The position numbers were made by a program, and so were the translations under genes. Under the pieces are notes generated by a model, which was given only the letters and a program-made list of their open reading frames with translations, had not been told where the DNA came from and searched no databases. Positions 48,248 to 59,069 of a stretch of 64,000 nt of DNA are shown here, in pieces; the stretch's first letter is position 1; each line of letters begins with the position of its first letter. The DNA is from an uncultured delta proteobacterium (GTDB lineage: Bacteria; Myxococcota_A; Polyangia; Polyangiales; Houyiibacteriaceae): positions 96,001 to 160,000 of the forward strand of contig CAVOVB010000002.1 in assembly GCA_963699755.1 (NCBI GenBank), in the 5' to 3' direction.

Positions 48248-50407
48248 CTACCGGCAGTCCTCGAAGGCCAATGTGTCCCAGTCGCGCAGATCTCGACGGT
48301 CTTGCCCCAGGGAGTAGACGGGCGGACTCCCGAGCGGCGCCTCGACCACGCTCCGCTGACCGCCTTGTACCGCCTCGCCGTTCCAGATCTTGTACCAGGT
48401 GCCCGCAGGAAAATAGACCGAGCGCGACGTGGCGCCTTCCTCGGTGACGGGGGCCACCAAGAGCGAGTCGCCGACCATGAACTGATCGCTGATGCCCCAG
48501 GTTTCGCGATCGTTCGGGAAGACGAGCATCAGATGGCGGAGGATAGGCGCGCCGGTTTCCTCAGCTTCGGCTGCCAGCATCATGAAATCGTTCATGAGGG
48601 CGCAGTGCACGTAGGTGAACTTGCGAAAGTGGCTCGTGGTTTCTTCGTCCCTGTTCCAGCGCCAATTGTTCACTTTGTCCGCGCCCTGGTGGGTCCGCAT
48701 GACCGGAGCAAACGCGCCGAGCTCCGTCCAGCGCATGTACAGCTCCTTCGTGCTTGGCCCCGCCCCAACCGCGAAGCCGGCGATGTCGAGCGACACGAAC
48801 GGCTGACCGGCGAGGCCGAGATTGAGAAGTGCAGGCGTCACTGTTGGCAGGCCATCGAGCTTCCCCCAGTCGGTTTGCTGGTCGCCGACCCAGTGAATTT
48901 GCGCTGCACCTTGGACGAAGGTGAAACCTGAGCGCGCAATCATCGCCCAGTCGCCGTCAGGCCGCGCCTGCTCCAACGCGTCGCGGTTGACTTGGTGCCA
49001 ATCGACCGGAAAACGATTCCGACGCTCGTCCGCATTGCTCCCATCCGAATGGACCGAATCAAACGGAATGTACTCGCCGAAGTCAGCCATCCAGCCGTCG
49101 ACGCCGTAGGTTTCGACGATGTTCGCGAGCGCCTCACGGATGAACTCGGCCGTCTCCGGTTTCGAGAAATCGGGGTGCGCGTCTTGCTGCGGAAAGTTCG
49201 CGACGGCCCCATCGCGGTATGTGTCCCCATTTCGGTTCTTCACGAGAAGCCCCATCGCATCCATGGCCTCGAAACGGGTGGCGAAGCGTGCGGGGTCGTC
49301 GGCTTCCTTGACGCTGGCCGGATGGACGATGAAGGGGTTTACGTACGTGAGGAACTTGTATCCTTGGTCGTGCAAACCGGAGATCATTTCCGCGAAGCCC
49401 GGATAGCAGACGTCGTCTTCGCTACTGCAAGTCTCCTTCGGCTCCCAGAGATATTGGACGCCGAAGCCTCCTTCCGGATTCTCTCGCGCTCCGGTCCAAT
49501 CTTGGACCCAGAGCGCGGATGCGGGGATGTTCGCCGCCTCGAGCTGCTCCACCTCGGCGAGTACCGTGTCCCGACCTCCCTGCGACCCGAGCCAGAGATT
49601 GTAGGCCCAGGAAGGCGGTTGCGTGGGTCTCCCTACCAAATCGCCAAGTTGCCGAATCACCTCCAAGGCCGTCGGCCCATGAAACACGCGCCAGCTGACC
49701 GCCCCACGACCGATGACCTCGACCCAGGCGATGCCGGGGTCGGTCGCACAGATATCGACATTCACTCGGTGGCGAGTGTCGAAGAGCGCTCCAAATCCTC
49801 GCGCATCGATGTAGTACGGCATCGGGAAATAGGTCGTGTGCGAATCGCCAACGTTGATCCCAGCGCTACCGTCGCGGCCATTGCCCTGTTCATTCACGAA
49901 CAGCGCAAACTTCTCTCCCCGCTGGTCGGTTCCGTTGTATTGCATGCCGAAGCCGTGGAACGTTCCATCTTCGTCGCAGCGGATGCCCACGGCAATGGAG
50001 TCGGCCGCGACGGCGGTGCCAGCTAGCTCGAGCTGGAACTCGCTGACCTCGTCATCGACGGCAACGGCGGACAAGGTTGCGATCCGCGAGCCGTCGCCGC
50101 TCGCGTAGGCGACCGTTGCGCTCGTGCCGCGATTCTCGATCGAGCGGACGGAGAGCGGGATGGTGACCTCATCGCTACGAGTGAACTCGATCGTTCCGGC
50201 ACCGCTAGGCTTGTCGGTGAAGGTCCGCGCGACCGGCCCCGTGGCCGCCAAGGCGAAGATCGCTTTGCCACCGACGACGACTTCAACCGTTCCGTCGTCT
50301 GCAGCGACGATTTGAACGTTCCCATTGGAGTTTTCGGGCTCGTTGCTGCATGCAGCAGCGCCCGTCATCCACAGGACCCCCAAGCCAAGAAGCCAAATCC
50401 GCACCAT
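48248..50407 (-). CDS. GH31 alpha-glycosidase (YihQ-like), lipoprotein
   Basis: WVQDW, TYVNP, GWMADFGEY nucleophile, WVGDQ acid/base, MRTH, LLVAPV; lipobox AAAC; AGGAG SD. Confidence 0.9.
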   Translation of the reverse strand: MVRIWLLGLGVLWMTGAAACSNEPENSNGNVQIVAADDGTVEVVVGGKAIFALAATGPVARTFTDKPSGAGTIEFTRSDEVTIPLSVRSIENRGTSATVAYASGDGSRIATLSAVAVDDEVSEFQLELAGTAVAADSIAVGIRCDEDGTFHGFGMQYNGTDQRGEKFALFVNEQGNGRDGSAGINVGDSHTTYFPMPYYIDARGFGALFDTRHRVNVDICATDPGIAWVEVIGRGAVSWRVFHGPTALEVIRQLGDLVGRPTQPPSWAYNLWLGSQGGRDTVLAEVEQLEAANIPASALWVQDWTGARENPEGGFGVQYLWEPKETCSSEDDVCYPGFAEMISGLHDQGYKFLTYVNPFIVHPASVKEADDPARFATRFEAMDAMGLLVKNRNGDTYRDGAVANFPQQDAHPDFSKPETAEFIREALANIVETYGVDGWMADFGEYIPFDSVHSDGSNADERRNRFPVDWHQVNRDALEQARPDGDWAMIARSGFTFVQGAAQIHWVGDQQTDWGKLDGLPTVTPALLNLGLAGQPFVSLDIAGFAVGAGPSTKELYMRWTELGAFAPVMRTHQGADKVNNWRWNRDEETTSHFRKFTYVHCALMNDFMMLAAEAEETGAPILRHLMLVFPNDRETWGISDQFMVGDSLLVAPVTEEGATSRSVYFPAGTWYKIWNGEAVQGGQRSVVEAPLGSPPVYSLGQDRRDLRDWDTLAFEDCR

Positions 50408-50483
50408 CTCACCGCTCCTAACCAAGTCTTGGCGCCATATTTCGCCGATTTGCGCTTCGCGAGCAAGCCGACGTTCCTGGCCC

Positions 50484-51563
50484 TCATCGAAGCGATCTGA
50501 CGCTGATCCGACCCCACTTGGGCTCGGTGAGACTCCCGATGAAGAGCCAGTCGCCCACCTGTTCGGCGCTCGTGGACTTCGAGAAGTTGACGCCGTCTGC
50601 GTCCTGCAAGTTGTACACGACCTTGCCACCGGCATCGAGCCCCAACACGAACGGGTGGCGCCTGGGTTTCGGTTGAAGCGCGGCGGGAATCCGATGGATC
50701 ACTCTGCGCAACCAGGGACTGGGCCCGGCAGCGTCCAAGAGTGGGTTACGGGGTGCATAGATCGCCAACCAGAAGATCCCGTCTACGCCCGTGGAGATGC
50801 CGTCCGGAAAACCGGGAAGATTGTCGATGAACACGTCGACTTGGCCGGCTCGTGGCCCGCGAACGTACACGCGCTTGGTACGATACCGCATCGTTTCGTT
50901 CACCAAGACGTAGCTCTCGTCTGGTGATACGGCGACTCCGTTGGCGAAGAAGAGCTCGCTCAGGACCACTGAGCATTCCCCGGTCGAGATGTCGTACTTG
51001 AGGAGGCGGCCGTTGGGCCTGCTCTCGAGCACTTCGTGCATCACCTGGTGCTGGTCCCATTTATACGAAGCGTCGGAGAACCAGGCGACGTTCTGAGAAT
51101 CGACATCGACGTCGTCGGTGAACGCGAAGGGCTGAGAGCCAGCCTCGGTGCACAGGACTTCGATTGCCCCGCTTGGATCCACCGAAAGCAGGCCCTTGAA
51201 GGCATCCGCGACGATGAGATTGCCATCGCGGTCGAAGTCGAGGCCAAGCGGCCGTCCGCCCGTGTCGGCGAATAGCTGGGGATCGGAGCCGTCTGCGGCG
51301 TAGCGAAGGATCTGTCCCTCGTCCACGCCAACGTAGATGCGTCCCTCTGCATCGACCGCGACGTCTTCGGGACCGTGACCATTCGGCGTCGCGGAAAGCT
51401 CCATCCCCTGCAGAACGCGATTCGCGGCGAAGTCCCCCTCGAGCGCCGGCACCGGCTGCGGCTGCCAAGCGACTGGGTCGATGCTGACGGGCCAGGCAAA
51501 CGAGTAGAGCAGCACGAAAAGCAGAGCGCCGCCCAGCCAAGCAATCACCTTCTTTGCCATCAT
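50484..51563 (-). CDS. Strictosidine synthase-like / SMP-30 beta-propeller protein
   Basis: GPED, GRPLG, FANGV, NLPGFPDG. Confidence 0.88.
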   Translation of the reverse strand: MMAKKVIAWLGGALLFVLLYSFAWPVSIDPVAWQPQPVPALEGDFAANRVLQGMELSATPNGHGPEDVAVDAEGRIYVGVDEGQILRYAADGSDPQLFADTGGRPLGLDFDRDGNLIVADAFKGLLSVDPSGAIEVLCTEAGSQPFAFTDDVDVDSQNVAWFSDASYKWDQHQVMHEVLESRPNGRLLKYDISTGECSVVLSELFFANGVAVSPDESYVLVNETMRYRTKRVYVRGPRAGQVDVFIDNLPGFPDGISTGVDGIFWLAIYAPRNPLLDAAGPSPWLRRVIHRIPAALQPKPRRHPFVLGLDAGGKVVYNLQDADGVNFSKSTSAEQVGDWLFIGSLTEPKWGRISVRSLR

Positions 51564-52414
51564 CCCTCCCAAAACCAGCGGAGAGCTTGCACTTGGGTCC
51601 CCGCCTCGTTGAGCTCGGCGACGAATCCCGCATCCCGCTTATGTGCGCCCCATTCGATCGTCGCAAGGCCCGAGACGCTTCGGCCCGAGGCAAGCAGATC
51701 ACGAACCTCGAGCGCGGTGCAGCCTTCGAGGAACTCGTCCGAGGTAAGCTTGCCAGCGCCGGGCAGCTCCACCGTGGCACCAGGAGCAAACGCATCGCCT
51801 GCGTCGTGCCCGAGCAAGTGCGCAAGGCGCTCGATCAGCTCCTTGCCCGATCGGCCCACACCCTGCTGTGACGACTTGAAGTACGCCAAGAGCCACTTCG
51901 GCCCGAAGGCTCGCAGCATGCTCCAGTTCATGACGGCAATCGTTTGCAAGCCGCGTGCGCCCTCGGCCATCAAGATGCGGCTCATCCGGTTGAGCTCCCA
52001 GTGCGCCTGCATTCGTTTGATCGCGAGGCCGCCCGCGCGCGGAACGATTTCGTAGAGAAGGTTGGCGGGCACCTTCATCTTCAGGCCCGTCTTCAGGTTG
52101 GTCGTATGGATGTCGACCGCGCGAAACACGTGCATGTCCGAGACGATGTCCTTGCGCGCGACCATGTCGATCCCGCTCGCAGCAATGAACGCCTCGTAGA
52201 ACCGACCTACCTCATCACCCAGGCGGCCGGGGCGCCGCCCCTTGTGAGAGGCGGGGGTACCCACCGGGTCCTCGAGGATCGCGTCGTCGGCATACAACGC
52301 GAGCCAGCGTTCCTTGTCGTGCTGTCCTGCGATCTCGGGAGATGCCTTTGCTGTCTGGAGGATGGCGTCGCGGTCGTGGGAAGACGGAGCTGTCGAAAGC
52401 GATGGTTCAACCAT
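51560..52414 (-). CDS. NTF2/SnoaL-like protein
   Basis: WLALYADDAILEDPVG, MQAHWE; start 52414 or 52432. Confidence 0.7.
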   Translation of the reverse strand: MVEPSLSTAPSSHDRDAILQTAKASPEIAGQHDKERWLALYADDAILEDPVGTPASHKGRRPGRLGDEVGRFYEAFIAASGIDMVARKDIVSDMHVFRAVDIHTTNLKTGLKMKVPANLLYEIVPRAGGLAIKRMQAHWELNRMSRILMAEGARGLQTIAVMNWSMLRAFGPKWLLAYFKSSQQGVGRSGKELIERLAHLLGHDAGDAFAPGATVELPGAGKLTSDEFLEGCTALEVRDLLASGRSVSGLATIEWGAHKRDAGFVAELNEAGTQVQALRWFWEG

Positions 52415-52441
52415 GGGCAATTGTTCTACCACAGCCGCGCC

Positions 52442-53089
52442 CTAGTCGCTCTCACCAGAACCAGCCTCGGGCTCGTCGGAATCTGGCGCTTCCTTCGCGG
52501 GGGCAGCATCGTTGATCAGCCCCATGACGGTCACTGCAAGCAAGTCTTCGTCGGGCTTACCGAGCGGGCAGAGCTGCTTGCCCAGGTATTTGCAGGCCTC
52601 GCGCCGTACCTTGTCCGGGTCATCGACGTACTTTCCGTCGCGGGTGTACCAGATGCCATCCGAGCTTCGAGCGAGTATGCCGTTTGGGTACACCCATTTG
52701 CCAAGCGCGCTTTTTGCCTTCGCGCCGCTCGGGTAGAACCACTCGCCGCTGCGGCTCTTGGCACGACGCCCGTTGGGATGGTTGAGCTCGAGATAGCCAC
52801 GCACGATCATCCGCCCGTTGGACCAGGTCGTGGTGGGTTGGCGGGTCACGCGATAGCCCACGTAGGGTGCACAGACTTCTCGTCGAAGTTGCGACAGGTC
52901 GCGACGATCCTGGACTTCGAGTCCTCGCTTGTGGCGGCCTGATTCCTCGTCGAGTCGAGCGAGGAAATCCATAATCGTCAGCTCCTCGCAGGTCGGGGAT
53001 GCCGTCAGGACGCGTTGCGAGGATCCCGAAGCCGCCCCCAGAACGCCAAGGGCGAAGGGCAGCAAGAACAATGGAAGCTTTGCATTCAT
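52442..53089 (-). CDS. Exported hypothetical protein with 15-aa repeats
   Basis: Signal peptide; W.YP(N/S)G..A(K/R)S..G repeats. Confidence 0.65.
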   Translation of the reverse strand: MNAKLPLFLLPFALGVLGAASGSSQRVLTASPTCEELTIMDFLARLDEESGRHKRGLEVQDRRDLSQLRREVCAPYVGYRVTRQPTTTWSNGRMIVRGYLELNHPNGRRAKSRSGEWFYPSGAKAKSALGKWVYPNGILARSSDGIWYTRDGKYVDDPDKVRREACKYLGKQLCPLGKPDEDLLAVTVMGLINDAAPAKEAPDSDEPEAGSGESD

Positions 53090-53115
53090 GGAAAGCCGTG
53101 CTGGGCAGAATCTCG

Positions 53116-55311
<2,196 letters not shown>

Positions 55312-55437
55312 GGAAAGGACTTGGTGATTTGCCAGTGTAGCCCGCAATCGTCGTTGGGATCTAGGTGCGTAAATGCACAGGGGCTAGTCATTCCTTGGTT
55401 TTTCCGGTAAATCCGGCGGTGAAGGCGCTCCCAAGGG

Positions 55438-56088
55438 ATGGCGAACGAGAAGACCGATCAGCTCACTCCGCGTAGGAGGCCCCGTCAGGACCGTTCGCGC
55501 GACCGCGTGGAGCGCATCTTGGATGCGACCTCTACGCTGCTCGGGGGTACGCCGGTGGACAAGATCACGACCGCCGCAATTGCGGAAGAAGCGGGCGTGC
55601 CGATCGGCTCGGTCTACCAATACTTCCCGAACAAGCTCGCCGTGCTGGCGGAGCTCGCGCGGCGCGTGATGGAAGAAGTGGACTTGAAGACAGCGAGCTT
55701 GATCACAGAGGATTTCGGCGTTCTGCCCTGGGACGAGGCGATCGACCGAGCGATCGACGCGACCATCCAAGGCTACGCGGCGCAGCCTGGCTATTTGCAG
55801 TTGCTGCTGAGCATTCGTCCTACGCCGGAGTTTCGCGCCATCACAGACGAATCGAACGAACGCGTGGCTGCCATGCTCGCGATTCACCCAGCGCTGCAGA
55901 AGTTGATCCCCGCCGATCGGATTCAGCTCGTCACCAGGGCAGCCATCCAAGCGGCGAACTCCTTACAGGACTGGGCGCTCTCCGAGGAGGACCCCGAAAC
56001 CAGGAATCGCATCATCATCGAGATGAAGACGCTCCTCAAAGGCTACCTCGCGGTTTACATGGACGACGCCAGCCCCTATCGCGACTGA
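55438..56088 (+). CDS. TetR/AcrR family transcriptional regulator
   Basis: PRQDRS..ILDA, IAEEAGVPIGSVYQYFPNK HTH. Confidence 0.93.
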   Translation: MANEKTDQLTPRRRPRQDRSRDRVERILDATSTLLGGTPVDKITTAAIAEEAGVPIGSVYQYFPNKLAVLAELARRVMEEVDLKTASLITEDFGVLPWDEAIDRAIDATIQGYAAQPGYLQLLLSIRPTPEFRAITDESNERVAAMLAIHPALQKLIPADRIQLVTRAAIQAANSLQDWALSEEDPETRNRIIIEMKTLLKGYLAVYMDDASPYRD

Positions 56089-56128
56089 AAAACCAACAAT
56101 TCAGGTACTTAGCGAACAGGTCGCAATT

Positions 56129-56143
56129 GTGAGCTTTGCTCAC
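56129..56143. promoter_or_regulatory. Palindromic operator candidate
   Basis: GTGAGC-TTT-GCTCAC perfect inverted repeat with AT-rich flanks, 60 nt upstream of ATG 56204. Confidence 0.5.
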
Positions 56144-56203
56144 TTTTGCTTTCTTCCGTTCCGTGTTACAACGGCGCAACTTTCGGAGCAGGAGACCCGA
56201 TAC

Positions 56204-57703
56204 ATGAATTTCAAAGTACTTATCAGCGGGATTTTCGCCTGCCTACTGGCAGTCACAGCTTGCAGCAGCGACGACGGCAACAACGGCAGCGGCGGTAGCG
56301 CAGGTAGCGCTGGTAGCGGCGGCGCGGGCGGCGGCGCTAGCGGGATCTGCGATACGGGCTTCGGCGGATTCCCCGCGGCCGATTGCGATAACTTGCCGGA
56401 CTTGACTGGGTACGTGGTTGGCGACTTTTATGACAGCGTCCCGGCGACCCCCAACGATGATTGCACTGAGCTGTTCGAGGGCTCTGACTCGAACGCCGCT
56501 GACCTCAACATCCTCCTCAACAACGCCGATCGCGGGGCCATCATTTGCATAGCAGAAGGCACCTACGAGATGGAGGCTACGCTCACAGTTCCGATTCCCG
56601 AGCTGACGCTCAAAGGTATCGGCGACTCACCTGACAAGACCGTGCTCAACTTCGGCGGCCCCGGCACCGGTAAGGGCATCCTCGTCCAGCAGAACGACGT
56701 CACGATCGAGAACATGTGGGTCAAGAACACCGGTGACAACGCGGTTCAGCAGGAAGCCGTGACAGGCTCCGTATTCCGAAAGCTCCACGTGAGCTGGGAC
56801 ATCAACGGTGAAAATATGTCCCTAAACGGCGCGTACGCGCTCTACCCGACCGACTGCGAGAAGACACTCGTCGAGTACAACCAGCTTCAGGGCGCCTCCG
56901 ATGCCGGCATCTACGTCGGCAAGTGCGGCTGGGGCGACGACACGACCGACGGAGGTATCGTTCGATACAATGTCGTTCATGAGAACGTACTGGGCCTCGA
57001 GGTGGAGAACAGCCTAGATGTGGTCGTCCACGACAATACGATGTTGAACAACGCTGCCGGCTTACTCTCCCTCACGCAGCCCATCTCCGTCGAGAAGCCA
57101 TCGAACACGAACATCATCTGGTACGACAACAATAGCTATTGCAACAATCATCCGAACTTTGCAGCCACGGGCGTTGCGCAGATCGCTCCGCCTGGCTCTG
57201 GTGCTATCGTCTACAGCGGCGACGGGCAGGAGCTCTGTAACAACCGATTCCAGAACAACGTCACCGCTGGCATTCTGATCATCAGCAATTACTTCGTTTG
57301 TCAGTTGGAACCCCCAACAGACTGCAACGTGCCGGACGGGTACATCCCCTACCCGCAGAACATCTACACGCATGACAACTACTTCGCCGGCAACGGGACT
57401 GATCCACAGGGACAATTTGCTCTTATCTTCGAGCTCCTAGGAGTCGGCACTCCTGAGAAACCGGTCGAAGACGTCTTCTGGGACGGCTATGTCTATCCCG
57501 GCGCGCCAAACGGAGACCCAGGAATCTGCCTGGGCGCAGACAACACCGCGTCGTACCGCGACGTGACCCAAGACATGTGCCAGGACGTCGATTGCACGGG
57601 ACTCTCGAAGGACCTCTGCCAGGCCGCGATCATCGGCTGCGGTGTGACCAACACCACCACCGAAACGACCGGCCGTCTCTGCGACGCGCCAGTACCACTT
57701 TGA
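56204..57703 (+). CDS. Parallel beta-helix lipoprotein (TIGR03805-like)
   Basis: Lipobox VTAC, Gly/Ser linker; NGAYALYP, GASDAGIYVG, ENVLGLEVENS, NNHPNFA; GGAG SD. Confidence 0.85.
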   Translation: MNFKVLISGIFACLLAVTACSSDDGNNGSGGSAGSAGSGGAGGGASGICDTGFGGFPAADCDNLPDLTGYVVGDFYDSVPATPNDDCTELFEGSDSNAADLNILLNNADRGAIICIAEGTYEMEATLTVPIPELTLKGIGDSPDKTVLNFGGPGTGKGILVQQNDVTIENMWVKNTGDNAVQQEAVTGSVFRKLHVSWDINGENMSLNGAYALYPTDCEKTLVEYNQLQGASDAGIYVGKCGWGDDTTDGGIVRYNVVHENVLGLEVENSLDVVVHDNTMLNNAAGLLSLTQPISVEKPSNTNIIWYDNNSYCNNHPNFAATGVAQIAPPGSGAIVYSGDGQELCNNRFQNNVTAGILIISNYFVCQLEPPTDCNVPDGYIPYPQNIYTHDNYFAGNGTDPQGQFALIFELLGVGTPEKPVEDVFWDGYVYPGAPNGDPGICLGADNTASYRDVTQDMCQDVDCTGLSKDLCQAAIIGCGVTNTTTETTGRLCDAPVPL

Positions 57704-57728
57704 GAGACGGAAAGGGCATGCAAAGCAA

Positions 57729-59069
57729 ATGAAGAACAGGCTTAGCTTAGCGCTCGTCCTTCTTCTCTCCGTGCTAGTGGGCTGCAGCGGTAGCGACGAG
57801 TCGGGTCCCGCGGGGACCGGGGGCCTGGGTGGAGCTGGCGGTGGCGGCGGCGGTGCTGGCGGCGGCGGTGCTGGCGGCGACGGTGCTGGTGGCGGCGGCA
57901 TGGGAGGCGAAGGCGGCGGTGGAGGCATCGTCCTCGGCAACTGTCACCCAAGCGTTCCCGATCGTCTCTCGGACTGGGGGCTCTTCAACAACATTCGCGA
58001 CCAAGTCCCCGCCGATGACGTCGCACCCTACACGGTCACTTCGCCCTTGTTCACCGACTATGCCCTCAAGCCCCGGTTCGTGACCCTTCGCGGTGCATCA
58101 GGCAAGATCGACTACGCGGATCCCGAACGCTGGCAAAGCCCCGTCGGGACGATCTACGTGAAGACCTTCGCCTACCCTCCGAACGAGCTGGCGGACCCGC
58201 CTCAGACCAAGGACCAGCTGATCGAGACTCGTCTCCTGGTTCACGACGCGGCCGAAGATGATCGACTGGGCTGCCTCGGCGCCGACTCGTGCTGGAACGC
58301 GTACGTCTACGTCTATACGGAAGATCAGACCGACGCGATTTGCGAGTCTGGCGGCGTGACCAAATCGGTGACCTTCACGGACCCGCTCACCGAAGAACAG
58401 GTGACGATCGAGGACTACCACGTGCCGGTCAGCCCAGGAGAATGCGGTCAGTGCCACGGTCGACGAGGGCCAGATACGCGGACACTGGGGCCCTCGACGG
58501 GCATGCTGAACCTGGGGAACGAATACCAGGGCAACATGGTCGAAAACCAAATCGACGCATTCTATGATGCGGAGTGGTTGGCGGCTGATGAGCTGCCGCC
58601 ATCCGGCGCGCGGACGACCTATGCCAATCCAGTCGAGCTCATCGCGGGCTGCACGACACCTGCCTGCTACCACGAGGCGGTGCGCTCCTTCTTCGACTCG
58701 AACTGCGCTCACTGCCATGCGGCTGATGGAGAGATCGAAGATCAGGGTCTGTTCCTCGACTATACCAACATGGACCCGGCGGGCCCGACCTTCGAGGAGT
58801 TCAACTCCTGGGGTGTCTGCCGGACGCCGACGTCGGCCGGCAACCTCACCGAGGCCTGCCGTGACAAGCCAGTAGACATCTGGCCTGGCAATCCCGACAA
58901 GTCACTTCTGCTTTGCCGACTCGAGTCGGTCACTCCTGGAGAGATGATGCCGACGCTCGGCCGATCGGTTCAGGACACGGAGGTAATCGCGATCGTCCGG
59001 CAGTGGATCATCGACCTGCCGACGCTATTCCCGACGATTCCGCTCTGCGGCGCCCAAGCAAGCCAGTGA
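57729..59069 (+). CDS. Diheme c-type cytochrome lipoprotein (SO2930/TIGR03806-like)
   Basis: LSDWGLF, PLFTDYALK, KTFAY, IETRLL, CGQCH, NCAHCH, MPTLGR. Confidence 0.85.
   Translation: MKNRLSLALVLLLSVLVGCSGSDESGPAGTGGLGGAGGGGGGAGGGGAGGDGAGGGGMGGEGGGGGIVLGNCHPSVPDRLSDWGLFNNIRDQVPADDVAPYTVTSPLFTDYALKPRFVTLRGASGKIDYADPERWQSPVGTIYVKTFAYPPNELADPPQTKDQLIETRLLVHDAAEDDRLGCLGADSCWNAYVYVYTEDQTDAICESGGVTKSVTFTDPLTEEQVTIEDYHVPVSPGECGQCHGRRGPDTRTLGPSTGMLNLGNEYQGNMVENQIDAFYDAEWLAADELPPSGARTTYANPVELIAGCTTPACYHEAVRSFFDSNCAHCHAADGEIEDQGLFLDYTNMDPAGPTFEEFNSWGVCRTPTSAGNLTEACRDKPVDIWPGNPDKSLLLCRLESVTPGEMMPTLGRSVQDTEVIAIVRQWIIDLPTLFPTIPLCGAQASQ
57852..57896 (+). repeat. 15-bp tandem repeat x3 encoding a Gly-rich linker
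   Basis: GGTGCTGGCGGCGGC / GGTGCTGGCGGCGAC / GGTGCTGGTGGCGGC. Confidence 0.75.

Noticed and set aside
55365..55378. Imperfect palindrome GTGCGT-AA-ATGCAC between ppk1 and tetR
   Set aside because: Short, imperfect and unlike the 56129 palindrome; could be chance
56125..56147. Resemblance to a lac operator or CRP site
   Set aside because: Not identical to lacO, no vector sequence nearby, and the spacer is 7 nt rather than 6; kept only as a generic operator candidate
56284..56340. GGCAGC/GGTAGC repeats as a possible CRISPR or contingency locus
   Set aside because: In-frame Gly/Ser lipoprotein linker; no spacers and no cas genes
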